From the NCBI GenBank assembly GCA_051652765.1, contig JBOFUV010000043.1:1-56498 (forward strand): a stretch of DNA of 56,498 bases, read 5' to 3'. Below the pieces are notes generated by a model. It saw nothing but the letters and a program-made list of their open reading frames with translations. It did not search any database and was not told where the DNA came from. The position numbers and the translations under genes are program-made. The DNA is from Microcoleaceae cyanobacterium. Lineage in GTDB: Bacteria; Cyanobacteriota; Cyanobacteriia; Cyanobacteriales; Microcoleaceae. This document shows, in pieces, positions 27,393 through 37,440 of the stretch (positions are counted from its first letter, which is position 1; each line of letters opens with the position of its first letter).

Positions 27393-29459
27393 TTAACTCC
27401 AGAGCTTTGCCATGAGCACAACGGAGGAACGGGCACTAACCCGATAATGATTGCCGTGCACAGCCACCGCCACCTTAACATCCGAAAAATCATTCGGGGG
27501 AACTAACGCAGTATCTACAACTCGGTGCCAAGACTTGCCTGACTCCAGGGTAGGCAGCTCAAAGCTCAGTGTTTCCCAGTAAGCGTTGAGCATCACATAG
27601 AGGGTTTCATCTTCTGCAGGATGACGGAGGCAGAAGGCTAGGCAACGAGAATCCAACTCCCAACCGGGAGCTTGCAATTGAGTGCCATGCCAACTAATAT
27701 TCGGGTTGAGGCTATCGGGATCAGTCTCTAAAACAGCATCAATCCGAAAAATGTGATGTTCTTGAGTAAACCGAATCAGTCCTTTGACAAACCGAAACAC
27801 ATCAGCCTGTTTGCCAATCGCACTCCAATCAAACCAACTCAACTCGTTGTCTTGACAGTAGCCATTATTGTTGCCCCATTGAGTCCGTCGCACTTCATCA
27901 CCCATCAGCATCATCGGCGTGCCCTGAGACAGGAATAAAATCGTCCAGAGGTTTTTAATTTGCTTGAGTCGGAGCGCTTCAATCGTAGAACTATCCGTTT
28001 CACCCTCTTGACCACAGTTCCAACTCAGGTTGAAGTTCGAACCATCCCGGCTCTCTTCTCCATTGGCTTCGTTATGCTTTTCGTTGTAAGCGACTAAATC
28101 ACTTAATGTAAAGCCATCATGACAGGTCACGAAGTTAACACTACAGTGAATTTCCCGATCGGGGTGGGGATAGATGTCAGGGCTGCCCATAATTCGGTTG
28201 GCAAGTTGTGGGACTCTCCCTGGATCGCTCCGCACAAAACCCCGCACATCATCTCGGTACTGACCATTCCACTCCGCAAAGCGATCGCCTGCCAACGATC
28301 CCACTTGATACAGTCCGCCTGCATCCCAAGCTTCGGCAATCAGTTTACTGCCCGCGAGCACCGGATCAGATTTGATAATCCACAAGATCGGGGGGTCATC
28401 CATGGGATAGCCCTTTTTATCGCGAGAGAATATCGAAGCCAAATCAAAGCGAAATCCATCCACATGCATCTCTGAAACCCAGTATCTCAAGGAATCGACA
28501 ATGAGTTGACCTGCGATTTCCTGATTGGCTTTGATTGTATTCCCACAACCGCTATAGTTGCTGTAGAACTCTGGATCATCCTCCAGAATGTAATACATGA
28601 AGTTGTCCAGCCCTCGAAATGAGAGGGTCGGCCCATTATGATTGCCCTCAGCAGTATGGTTGAATACCACATCCAAGATGACCTCGATCCCAGCTTTGTG
28701 AAATGCTTTAACCATATCGCGAAACTCATCCACAGGCCCCAAAGGATCGCGACGGGAACTGTAAGAACGATGGGGAGCAAAATAGGAAATACTGCTATAG
28801 CCCCAATAGTTTTTCAAGGGAGAAACGGCATCTTGTTCATCAAATTGATGGACAGGCATAAGCTCAACCGCCGTAATTCCCAAGTCTTTTAAATAGGGAA
28901 TTTTTTCTACTAATCCAGCATAAGTTCCCCGTTGATCGGCGGACAAACCGGAGCTGGGATGTCGAGTAAATCCGCCAACATGAAGCTCATAAATAATTGT
29001 TCTCGCATACGGAATTTGTAGGGGGAGATCTCCCTCCCAGTCATAAATTGTTGGATCTACGACAACGCCTTTCAGGGCTTGGGCACAGTTGTCTCCTTCA
29101 GAGGATGCCGCTTTGCGAGAGTAGTTTTTGTCATTGACGACGGCCTTGGCATACGGATCTAAAAGAAGTTTGCTGCGGTCAAACCGATAACCCGCTTCAG
29201 GGCAATAAACACCGTCCGCCCGATAACCATAAATTTGTCCAGCCTGAAGTCCTGGGATAAAGACATGCCAATAATAAAACGTCCGATTGACAACAGGGTC
29301 GAAGGGGATGACAGAGGAAGGGCGAGCTGCATCAGGGGTATCAAACAGCAACAGTTCCAGAGCGCTGCACGTTTTGGAGAAAATGCAGAAATTAACACCA
29401 TCTGGATAAACGACTGCACCCAAGGGAAAACTTTTGCCTGCTAAAGCTTTGAGGGTCAT
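27393..29459 (-). CDS. glgX: Glycogen debranching enzyme (isoamylase)
   Basis: NYWGY, DVVFNHTAEG, VDGFRFDLA, IAEAWD, FVTCHDGFTL. Confidence 0.95.
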   Translation of the reverse strand: MTLKALAGKSFPLGAVVYPDGVNFCIFSKTCSALELLLFDTPDAARPSSVIPFDPVVNRTFYYWHVFIPGLQAGQIYGYRADGVYCPEAGYRFDRSKLLLDPYAKAVVNDKNYSRKAASSEGDNCAQALKGVVVDPTIYDWEGDLPLQIPYARTIIYELHVGGFTRHPSSGLSADQRGTYAGLVEKIPYLKDLGITAVELMPVHQFDEQDAVSPLKNYWGYSSISYFAPHRSYSSRRDPLGPVDEFRDMVKAFHKAGIEVILDVVFNHTAEGNHNGPTLSFRGLDNFMYYILEDDPEFYSNYSGCGNTIKANQEIAGQLIVDSLRYWVSEMHVDGFRFDLASIFSRDKKGYPMDDPPILWIIKSDPVLAGSKLIAEAWDAGGLYQVGSLAGDRFAEWNGQYRDDVRGFVRSDPGRVPQLANRIMGSPDIYPHPDREIHCSVNFVTCHDGFTLSDLVAYNEKHNEANGEESRDGSNFNLSWNCGQEGETDSSTIEALRLKQIKNLWTILFLSQGTPMMLMGDEVRRTQWGNNNGYCQDNELSWFDWSAIGKQADVFRFVKGLIRFTQEHHIFRIDAVLETDPDSLNPNISWHGTQLQAPGWELDSRCLAFCLRHPAEDETLYVMLNAYWETLSFELPTLESGKSWHRVVDTALVPPNDFSDVKVAVAVHGNHYRVSARSSVVLMAKLWS

Positions 29460-29651
29460 GTGTAAATTTTCAGGAACGATTTACTCAATTCTTGATAGCC
29501 TATCACTAATCTTGGAGGATTAGGGTTAATGGAGCATAAAGCCTAAACAATCAAAAAATTATAGTACCCATAATAGTTTTAGATCATGATTCTAGATGCA
29601 GCGATTTCTAAATCCGAACAAAAACGGCTGTAGTTGTCTTAGATGTGTTTA

Positions 29652-29693
29652 ATAAATATGTTTCTATAAATATGTTTCTATAAATGTATTTCT
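29652..29693. repeat. 14-bp tandem repeat x3 in an AT-rich divergent promoter region
   Basis: ATAAATATGTTTCT x2 plus ATAAATGTATTTCT. Confidence 0.8.
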
Positions 29694-30017
29694 ATAAGTA
29701 TGATTAATAAACACACTTATAGAATAGAGAAACGTGACTTTAATCAAAGAGACTTTTATGAATGAAATATTGGCCAACCCAGCAATTTTTCTATTTGCTT
29801 TCCAGTTGAATTTTAACGGCCAAAGTTATGCTTTAGTGAATCCAACTCTCTGGCAAATCTTAGGGATTTGAGAAGAAGATTCAGGACAGGTGATCGGCTT
29901 AAACAACCTGTAACTAAATGTTCCTAAAGAATGAAATCGCCAGAACCGACCATTTTTTTCATGATAGGATAAAAAAAGAATTGCTTCTCGTTTTCTAACT
30001 GCCAGTAATCAGCCTGC

Positions 30018-31721
30018 ATGTCACGCTTTGACTGTCCTTCTTTTAGCATTGCGATCGCCCGTCTCAGTACTTCTCTCAACATTTTAGAGGTTAACCATTT
30101 TGCAACTTGGATTGTTCAATCTCCTGACCCGAGTGGATATACTCATCATGACTCTGTTTGGCCAGATGAATTATCACAGGCTTGGAGAGCCTGGTTAGAG
30201 ATGTTTGCTCCCCACGGTTTGCCCCATCAGCTCTCTAAAACTTCAACCGTTGATTCCCTCAACAGCCTAGCCTCAGGAGTCGATCAAAAAAGTTACAGTA
30301 GTCGCCTGATGCAACACTTTGGCATGGGCCTATGGCAGTGGCTCTTTCAGGGCGCGATTCAGGCTAGTTTTCATCGTAGTCAGGGCATTGCCCTAGGTCA
30401 GGAGCAACCACTGCGGATTCGGCTAGATTTGCGAGAAGAAGATTTAATTCCCCTGCCCTGGGAGATCATGCAAGCTCAACCGGGTCAACCGGCGATTTCT
30501 TTGGGTCAGCAGATTTTATTTAGTCGAACAACCAGTGAGGTCAATCCCCTGCCCTCTCAGTTTCAATTGGCCCAATCCTTAACGATTTTGTTAGTGATGG
30601 GTCAACCGGAAACTAACTATTCAGGCAATTTAGAGGTTGGCGGTGGCTATGACGTTCTGAGGACTCCCAAACCATTACAGCTTGAACAGGAAGCCGAGCA
30701 GTTGCGGCAAGTCCTGGAAAAAGGGAGGTCTACCGACGGAACAGTTCCCTGTCAAGTTACCACTCTGATTCAACCGACGATTGCTGAACTGCTGGCCCAG
30801 CTCAAAACCCAAGCTTACAATGTTTTGTTTTATGCAGGACATGGGGTTCCAGCTCCCGATGGCGGATTGTTGTTTCTCCGGCCTGGAGTTGCTCTAAATG
30901 GTACAGAGTTGGCCCAAGTGTTGGTTCAATGTGGGGTGACGTTAGCCGTGTTCAATGCCTGCTGGGGGGCTCATCCTGCCATCGAACCCGTACCTGAGAT
31001 GGCCCCATCTCTCCCCAGAATGTTTCAGGCCATTCCAGGAAGTAGTTTGGCTAAGGTGCTGATTCACCATGGTGTTCCGGCAGTGTTAGGGATGCGGGAT
31101 GCAATTGCTGATCACGAAGCCTTGAGTTTTATTCAAGCCTTTGCCCAAGCTTTGACTGAACGGTGTCCCATTGACCAAGCTGTCTTGATCGCCCGCCAAC
31201 AGTTGTTGACGCTGTATAAGTTCAATCAACCTGCTTGGACATTGCCCGTGTTGTACATGCATCCAGAATTTAATGGACAGTTAGTTCACCCGACAGAAGA
31301 AAATCGCACCGAGCTTCCGGTAAATTCTCACACTTGGCTCGGTCACTCCCTCCAACGAGCCTGGTTACGCACCCCCAACGGATCAACCGAGATTACTTTT
31401 CCCCAAAGCTGGCCCATTGCAGCCGGGAGTGTGCGGGTGGGTCGGGGAGATGATAACGACGTGGTCATTCCAGAACAGTGGGTTTCCAGTAAACATGCTG
31501 AGATTTATTGCCGCAATGGTCAAGAAGCAAAACCGACTTACTTTCTACGGGATTTTTCCCGGTATGGAACTTTAGTTTGGGAAAAGCCCCAGGAGAAAAT
31601 CCAGGAAAAAACAACTTGGCAGCGGGTGCATCATCAGGAAATTTCCCTGGAATCCGGAACTCAGTTAAAATTTGGCAGTTCCCAGGGGCAAGTGCTTGAA
31701 TTTATTATTGAAATCCTGTAA
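30018..31721 (+). CDS. HetF-like CHAT (caspase-fold) protease with a C-terminal FHA domain
   Basis: LFQG...QGIA...LRIRL...LPWE; His/Cys dyad in FYAGHG and FNACWG; AVLGM; FHA motifs GR..., VSSKHA, LRDFSRYGT. Confidence 0.85.
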   Translation: MSRFDCPSFSIAIARLSTSLNILEVNHFATWIVQSPDPSGYTHHDSVWPDELSQAWRAWLEMFAPHGLPHQLSKTSTVDSLNSLASGVDQKSYSSRLMQHFGMGLWQWLFQGAIQASFHRSQGIALGQEQPLRIRLDLREEDLIPLPWEIMQAQPGQPAISLGQQILFSRTTSEVNPLPSQFQLAQSLTILLVMGQPETNYSGNLEVGGGYDVLRTPKPLQLEQEAEQLRQVLEKGRSTDGTVPCQVTTLIQPTIAELLAQLKTQAYNVLFYAGHGVPAPDGGLLFLRPGVALNGTELAQVLVQCGVTLAVFNACWGAHPAIEPVPEMAPSLPRMFQAIPGSSLAKVLIHHGVPAVLGMRDAIADHEALSFIQAFAQALTERCPIDQAVLIARQQLLTLYKFNQPAWTLPVLYMHPEFNGQLVHPTEENRTELPVNSHTWLGHSLQRAWLRTPNGSTEITFPQSWPIAAGSVRVGRGDDNDVVIPEQWVSSKHAEIYCRNGQEAKPTYFLRDFSRYGTLVWEKPQEKIQEKTTWQRVHHQEISLESGTQLKFGSSQGQVLEFIIEIL

Positions 31722-31789
31722 CGTCCTTCTGAAGCAATCAGAATTGCGGAATTGCTCAGGTTGAGGCTGTAGCTAGGGAGGTGAGGTCA

Positions 31790-31951
31790 ATGCAAGACCG
31801 ATCACCACTCAGGATTGTGAATTCACACTTGAATTCACATTTGAATTCACACTTGAATCTACGCTTGAATTTGCACTTGAATCCAACCCGTGGGAAATGT
31901 TCTGGCTGCCTGAGTCAGTCAGAATGCCCAAATCACAAAGACGACCTCTAG
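31790..31951 (+). CDS. Putative 53-aa microprotein (NSHL repeats plus CxxC-x5-C-x2-H)
   Basis: Manual translation MQDRSPLRIVNSHLNSHLNSHLNLRLNLHLNPTRGKCSGCLSQSECPNHKDDL; GGAGGTGAGG just upstream of the ATG. Confidence 0.4.
   Translation: MQDRSPLRIVNSHLNSHLNSHLNLRLNLHLNPTRGKCSGCLSQSECPNHKDDL
31819..31883. repeat. 12-bp tandem repeat, about 5 degenerating copies
   Basis: TGAATTCACACT-type units. Confidence 0.8.
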
Positions 31952-31974
31952 ATGACTGATAAGGAAACGATGCT

Positions 31975-32547
31975 ATGACACGAGAGATTTCCCCATTTGA
32001 AACCCAGGCTGAACTCGATCTGCTAGATGCTCTGTTCCAACCCGAGCAACTCTATCCGATTAATCCACTGGAACCCGAGGCAGAAGCCAGGTTATCTCAG
32101 CTAGAAGAGAGATTCTCAGTTACCGACTGCTTGACCGATGCTGAGGTACTAGAGAAATCTCAGACCTTGCTGACCCACATCGATCGGTTGTGGTTGATCC
32201 CGCAATTGCAGAAGTCTCTCCAGCAAAGATTTGCCCAGTGTATGCCTCGGCATCTCCTGTATCAGTTGGTGCAAAAGGGAGTGGAGATGGCAGCGAGCGG
32301 GGTATCCTTTGCTGATCAGTTGGTACAGAGCGCACAAGCCGCACTCCCCCAATGGCAGGAAGAAGATCTGTGGGTATTAGCTCGTCCCTTTGCCTATGCG
32401 ATGCGGGGAGACACTTCCCCAGAATCCGCCCTAGCTACGATGCAATCCCGAGACTGGGCAGATCTCTCAGAAGTTGAACAAGCAAGAGTGAGTTTAATGA
32501 TCGCTTGTGCAGCTCTCTCAGAACTTGCGGCCCTAGAGCAAGATTAG
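31975..32547 (+). CDS. Conserved cyanobacterial hypothetical protein, possibly PatU3-related
   Basis: AAGGA RBS; helical protein with LARPFAYAMR and WADLSEVEQARVSL; by-eye similarity to the PatU3 N-terminal domain. Confidence 0.7.
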   Translation: MTREISPFETQAELDLLDALFQPEQLYPINPLEPEAEARLSQLEERFSVTDCLTDAEVLEKSQTLLTHIDRLWLIPQLQKSLQQRFAQCMPRHLLYQLVQKGVEMAASGVSFADQLVQSAQAALPQWQEEDLWVLARPFAYAMRGDTSPESALATMQSRDWADLSEVEQARVSLMIACAALSELAALEQD

Positions 32548-32617
32548 TGAAGTGGAGCAAGATTCCAGAATTGACGTTGGGTATCTTAATCTTGGTTACT
32601 GAACCGTAAGCAGTTAG

Positions 32618-33769
32618 CTAAGATCTTACAGGGTCTTCCTGTTCCAGGATGGATAAGACATAGTCAAACTGGTTCACGGACTGATTGGTTGACAGATCAA
32701 ATACTAATCCTCCAACCTCAGCGTAAACTTCAACCATTTGCGGGGTCTTTCCCATTTTATTAAAGCTTAAAATCTCATACAGAAGTTGGTTTTTCTCAAC
32801 AAAAGTTCCCAGTTCCATTCGATTTTGGATCATCCCCCCTGCCGTCGCATAATACTTTTTGATCTGATGTCTGACCATGAACTGAATTTCATGATCACGG
32901 GTGGCAGGGAGGGGAAAACCGGGGATACTGAGCAGTCCTTTGATCGCCAGGTAATTTTTAATTCCCTGCACGCCTAAACCCACAGAAATTTCATCCGAGA
33001 CCATCCCTGAACCCAGTTCTAATGTCCAGGATTCTACTTCAAATTGAATCGGTTTGCCTAAAGCAGCGAAACACTGTTCTAAAGCCAACCAGGGTTTGAG
33101 AAAGGCTTCATCAAAGGCATCCCCATCATAGTCATTCATTAAAATGCCATAGTCTAATAAAAACGCTTGAGCACTGGCTTCTCGACTCTGAAAACAGTAG
33201 AGATAGTCTAGGGCTTGATTCGTCGAACTATGCAGATCCAGCACGTAGTCAGCATCCAAACAGAGAGCCTGCAATTGATAGCGATAGTAATCTTTGAATG
33301 AAACTCGACTGGGAGAATTGATCTCAGGCAAAAGCTGATGAAAGCGATCGCAAATCATTTGGCGATAGTTTGCTTGAATCGCTTCCGGCTCGAGAGACAG
33401 GTTGGCTTGGGCAAAGGCGGCAATGTCCGCCTCAGTTTTTTCGTAGTCCCAAAAAATCCGATTCCAGTCTTTGCCATCGTAGCTGTTGTACCGCCCCGAG
33501 GAAAAATGGTGCGATCGCTGATTTACACTTAACGGGTTACAGACTGGAACCAACCAAATTTCTCCCTGCAATTGACTCTCTTCCAGGGCTTCTAAACATT
33601 GAATCAGTTGATAAATTACGGCATTACCACTAATTTCTGCACCATGTAAATTGGCTTGAACATAAACTTTCTTCCCTGGGATTGCACCCTGAAACTTGTA
33701 AACTTGCAATGTCAGGCGATCGCCTGAAGCAAGTTGTAGCAAAGGAAAAATCGAGATTTTTGGGATCAT
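32618..33769 (-). CDS. Succinylglutamate desuccinylase/aspartoacylase (M14-like) family protein
   Basis: ANLHGAE, PVCNP, DWNR, LDLH, TLELG. Confidence 0.88.
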   Translation of the reverse strand: MIPKISIFPLLQLASGDRLTLQVYKFQGAIPGKKVYVQANLHGAEISGNAVIYQLIQCLEALEESQLQGEIWLVPVCNPLSVNQRSHHFSSGRYNSYDGKDWNRIFWDYEKTEADIAAFAQANLSLEPEAIQANYRQMICDRFHQLLPEINSPSRVSFKDYYRYQLQALCLDADYVLDLHSSTNQALDYLYCFQSREASAQAFLLDYGILMNDYDGDAFDEAFLKPWLALEQCFAALGKPIQFEVESWTLELGSGMVSDEISVGLGVQGIKNYLAIKGLLSIPGFPLPATRDHEIQFMVRHQIKKYYATAGGMIQNRMELGTFVEKNQLLYEILSFNKMGKTPQMVEVYAEVGGLVFDLSTNQSVNQFDYVLSILEQEDPVRS

Positions 33770-33832
33770 TTAGACTAGACAACTCATTCAGCAATGCACT
33801 AACTTGCCAACTATAACAGTCCTAAGCCATCT

Positions 33833-33864
33833 GTGAACGTTCGTGGCGCGGACATCTTGCCTGC
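33833..33864. repeat. Short dispersed repeat (family B)
   Basis: GTGAACGT..GTGGCGCGGACATCTTGCCTGC; related copy at 37294. Confidence 0.55.
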
Positions 33865-33945
33865 AACATTTCCAATTTAAATTGGACATTATAAACAGTT
33901 CACTAAACAGTTAATCAAACCATCAACTAACTGTCAATCAAACTG

Positions 33946-34809
33946 TTAACTAAACTGTAATTCTTGCAATAGCCAAAACCCTGCAAACGACTCCGAGTTG
34001 GGATCGGATTGAATGGCCAGAAAGTGAATATTCTTTGCCTGATGTTTGGCTGCTTCAAACCCTTGGGCTTCAGCTTGAGTGGCAGTATCGGTCAGGCTCG
34101 CTAAAATCCAGCTTTCCCCCTCTCCAGTTTCCAACACCAAATTGGGACGAGCACTCCCATCAACTCTCAGATACGCCAATTCCAACCCAGACATCCAAGC
34201 CGCCAAAGCAACTGCCCGTGTTGAAAAAACAATCACCCCAGGAATTTGGGTCTCTGGACTCAGGTTGAACATAGACAGTCCAAATGCCTCCCCAAAACCA
34301 ATTTCCCACTCAGGCATCTCCGTAAAAGCACCCACTTCTAAGTTCACCAAGGCCCATTGATCTCCCTGCAGGGCATCCGGCAATCGTTGGGGCTGAGTAG
34401 GCAGGAATTGCACAGAAGGATTTGCCCCTGACTGATAGTTGGCCAGGGTTGGGTAGAGGGTGTCTGACCGCTCTTGCAACCAGAGGAACAGCGCATAGGT
34501 TCGGCGACTTGCCGACGCTGGAACGGCTAATTCTGCACAGGCTTTGGCAATCATATTCGCCATGGGGCGACGAAAAAATCGAATTCGATCGGGAGGACTA
34601 GGAGCCTTATGAATCGCCTCTTGAATGGCCTCTTTCAACCAAATCGAGTTAACCTGGCTGCCGGGACAAAACTGGGTATAGCGAAACAACTCTGCGGCGC
34701 GATCGCCAACCTTTAAAGGTGTTTCACAGATCAGGACTTCCCAAACCTTTTTGCCTGACTCATCCAGTAGAGGCCGACTATAAAAATCCAGTTCCCAGAT
34801 GGTTGCCAT
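33946..34809 (-). CDS. Tab2/Atab2 (DUF1092) RNA-binding protein
   Basis: WELDFYSRP...KKVWE...VNSIWL...LAAWMSGLE...HFLAIQ...FAGFWLL. Confidence 0.9.
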   Translation of the reverse strand: MATIWELDFYSRPLLDESGKKVWEVLICETPLKVGDRAAELFRYTQFCPGSQVNSIWLKEAIQEAIHKAPSPPDRIRFFRRPMANMIAKACAELAVPASASRRTYALFLWLQERSDTLYPTLANYQSGANPSVQFLPTQPQRLPDALQGDQWALVNLEVGAFTEMPEWEIGFGEAFGLSMFNLSPETQIPGVIVFSTRAVALAAWMSGLELAYLRVDGSARPNLVLETGEGESWILASLTDTATQAEAQGFEAAKHQAKNIHFLAIQSDPNSESFAGFWLLQELQFS

Positions 34810-34872
34810 CTTGTGTTGTAACTATAGTGAACGTTGATAACAACCGTACCAAATCTCCTGTACCTCCGGTGA

Positions 34873-36075
34873 CTAATTCTTGGGTGAAGTGATTAAATCT
34901 TGCAACGGACGAGTCATCCAGTTGAACGCAACCTTGATCTGATGATCCAAAGTTGGCAGACGATAAAGATAGATCAAACGACGGGCCAAGTGAGCCAGTT
35001 GACCGTCTAATTTCAGACCCAAACCAGTAAGCGTCGCGTTGTCAATGCCAAGGGTCATCATCTCCCCTAGCCCCTGATATTGGAAGGGCAGCAACGGTCG
35101 ATTGGTTGTAGAAGCCCACATATTCCAACCCGCATAGTCTGCCTGTTGCAGGGCTGCTTGGGCTGTTCCCGGCACTTGCTGACCTTGGGCATCTCTACAA
35201 CTGGCTAAATCCCCCAAAGCAAAGATTTCAGGATGATCCATCACTTGCAAGGTTGGGCTAGTCAGAATTTGACCGCGATCGCTCTTCTGCAGAGGGAGGG
35301 AATCAATCACTGGAGCCACCTGAGTTCCGACTGTCCACAGCACAATGTCTACTGGAATGGGATCAAGTTGGTCACGGTATTCCAGTACGATTTGGTTTGG
35401 CTCCACAGATTTCACTGTTGTTTCCAAATCCAGCCAAATCTGTCGGGCCTGCAACGCTTTTTGAGCTGCTTCTCGGTTAAAGTCAGGAGATCCGCGCAAA
35501 ATGGTATCCCCTCGTTCAACAATTCGAACTCGACCGCGACTCTTCAACCGATCTGCCAGCTTACACGCCAACTCAACCCCGCTGTAGCCTGCTCCTACAA
35601 TCGCCACCCGAATTTTGTCCAGGTCAGAAGCTTCCAAGATTCTTAACTTTTCCTCTAAATGGTAGGCATCTTCAAGGGTGCGGAACGGCAGGGCATAGTC
35701 CTTGGCTCCGGGGACAATCCCTAACGGGGTTTCTCCCCCCATGGCTAGCACGAGATAGTCATAGGAAAACTGCATATCGTCATCGAGATGAACGTATCGA
35801 GACTCAAGGTTGATCTCGCTCACGACCCCTTGCTTAAACCGAATGTCTGTTCCCTGGAGCAACTGTTCAAAGGGAGGCGAAATTTCCCAGGCTTCTAATT
35901 CTCCCGTAATCAGTTCATACAACAGAGGAGAAAACAAAAAGCGATCGCGCTGATCAATCAGCACAATTTCAGGATGTTCCGACTTTTGCCAGGGAAGCTG
36001 ACTCAGGCGGAGGGCAGTGTAGAGCCCACCAAAGCCCCCCCCCAAAATACAAATGCGATTTGGTTGTTCAGTCAT
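34873..36075 (-). CDS. ndbB: Type II NAD(P)H dehydrogenase, NdbB/NDC1-like
   Basis: RICILGGGFGGLYTALRL, GAGYSGVELA, ALGD; start placed at MTEQPNR (36075) because the upstream extension runs into a tandem repeat. Confidence 0.8.
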   Translation of the reverse strand: MTEQPNRICILGGGFGGLYTALRLSQLPWQKSEHPEIVLIDQRDRFLFSPLLYELITGELEAWEISPPFEQLLQGTDIRFKQGVVSEINLESRYVHLDDDMQFSYDYLVLAMGGETPLGIVPGAKDYALPFRTLEDAYHLEEKLRILEASDLDKIRVAIVGAGYSGVELACKLADRLKSRGRVRIVERGDTILRGSPDFNREAAQKALQARQIWLDLETTVKSVEPNQIVLEYRDQLDPIPVDIVLWTVGTQVAPVIDSLPLQKSDRGQILTSPTLQVMDHPEIFALGDLASCRDAQGQQVPGTAQAALQQADYAGWNMWASTTNRPLLPFQYQGLGEMMTLGIDNATLTGLGLKLDGQLAHLARRLIYLYRLPTLDHQIKVAFNWMTRPLQDLITSPKN

Positions 36076-36215
36076 GGGTAATGGTGAAGAAGAGAGGATT
36101 GGAATAGTGTGCTGGATGCCTAGAGACATCTCCCTTACTAGGATAGCAAGGTGCACACCTAGTGGACATTGAGTTGTCCCAGTCAAGGGTTCCTTGGAAA
36201 TTGCATCTGATGAAT

Positions 36216-36282
36216 TTGCAAACCTAACTTGCAAACCTAACTTGCAACTTAACTTGCAACTTAACTTGCAAACTTAACTTGC
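36216..36282. repeat. 12/13-bp tandem repeat x5
   Basis: TTGCAA(A)C(C/T)TAAC units. Confidence 0.88.
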
Positions 36283-36731
36283 TACTTGAGAGCTGACAGT
36301 CGCCTTTGTTCAGAGCGATACGGAGCGATCGCCCAAAATGCCTTTTAAAAGGAGGACTGGAGTGACTGAGATATCCTTCACTGCTATAAAAACCGCTCTG
36401 AAAACTGCTGTAAATTGAAAAATTAATTTTTCAATTGATCTAAAAAACGAGTTTAAGCAACACCGGAACCCTTGGCTTATGATTAAGTTAGAGGCTTGGT
36501 GATAGCAGCCATGACATCTACCTATTTGCTTTTTTTGGGGTTCTGTTGCCCTGAACTGAAGCACAGAACTTTTTAAGCCAAGGGATTGCAGGCTAGACAT
36601 CCGCTATTCAAGAGAATAAAAGGGCTCAAATTCAGTTGAGACGCTACTTGTAGCTGATCGTTGTAACCTCTGATTGCAGCCTTTTTGTTAAAGCTTTCTA
36701 GTTGAAATCTGACTCGTTAAAATCTCAACAA

Positions 36732-37139
36732 ATGACTGCAGATAGATTATTTGGGCAAGGGCACTATAGCAAACTGCTAGTGCTGGAGTTGCAGCGACGA
36801 TTACAAGCCAAAGGGTTAGATCCGGGAGCACTGAATGGTCGATTGTCTCCTGAAACAGAATTGGCATTAGAGAAGGTTCAGCGAGCCTACGGAGTGGGTG
36901 GGGGCAAAGCCAGTGCTGCCTATTTTGTGGTGATTCCAGGCAAGCCAGAAGATTTACCAAAAATTGCCGAACAGATCATTTTGTTGGGAGTCCCAGAAAC
37001 TGGGGTCTATCAACGAGGACATCTACTTGAACCCAAGGTCGCGGTTGGCCCTTTTTCCAACGTAGAGATTGCTAAGCGATGGCACCATTACTTACGAGAT
37101 TTTGGACTGACTAATGCTCAGGTTTATTATGGTTGTTAG
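36732..37139 (+). CDS. Peptidoglycan-binding domain plus SPOR-like domain protein
   Basis: VLELQRRLQAKGLDPGALNG...TELALEKVQRAYG; YFVVIPG...VAVGPF...YLRDFGL; start uncertain (36702 or 36732). Confidence 0.65.
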   Translation: MTADRLFGQGHYSKLLVLELQRRLQAKGLDPGALNGRLSPETELALEKVQRAYGVGGGKASAAYFVVIPGKPEDLPKIAEQIILLGVPETGVYQRGHLLEPKVAVGPFSNVEIAKRWHHYLRDFGLTNAQVYYGC

Positions 37140-37293
37140 TCATTCGGTAAGATGATCAGATTTACCTCTTTTTTCTGTCATGTTGCAAAACTTGAAGAAA
37201 TTGTTAATTATTTAAACATTTTCTAACATCAGGAAATTTAGGTTTTTATAATTATTTTCTGTTAGAGATACTGATAGCAATCTAATTTAAAGC

Positions 37294-37321
37294 GTGAACG
37301 TGGAGTGGGCATCTTGCCTGC
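37294..37321. repeat. Short dispersed repeat (family B)
   Basis: GTGAACGTGGAGTGGGCATCTTGCCTGC. Confidence 0.55.
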
Positions 37322-37440
37322 GTAGACCGAAAGCTTGTATCACGCATATCTCATTAATCATTAGAGATTGCGACAGCCATTTTTGTTTAGATGTGATTTT
37401 GTTGTTGTGATTTTGTTGTATCGACTGGAGATTTAAATTA

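Noticed and set aside
36076..36234. N-terminal extension of the NdbB ORF
   Set aside because: It starts at a TTG inside a tandem repeat; homology begins at MTEQPNRICILGGG
36310..36600. 96-aa minus-strand ORF in the intergenic region
   Set aside because: No recognisable motifs or RBS; likely spurious
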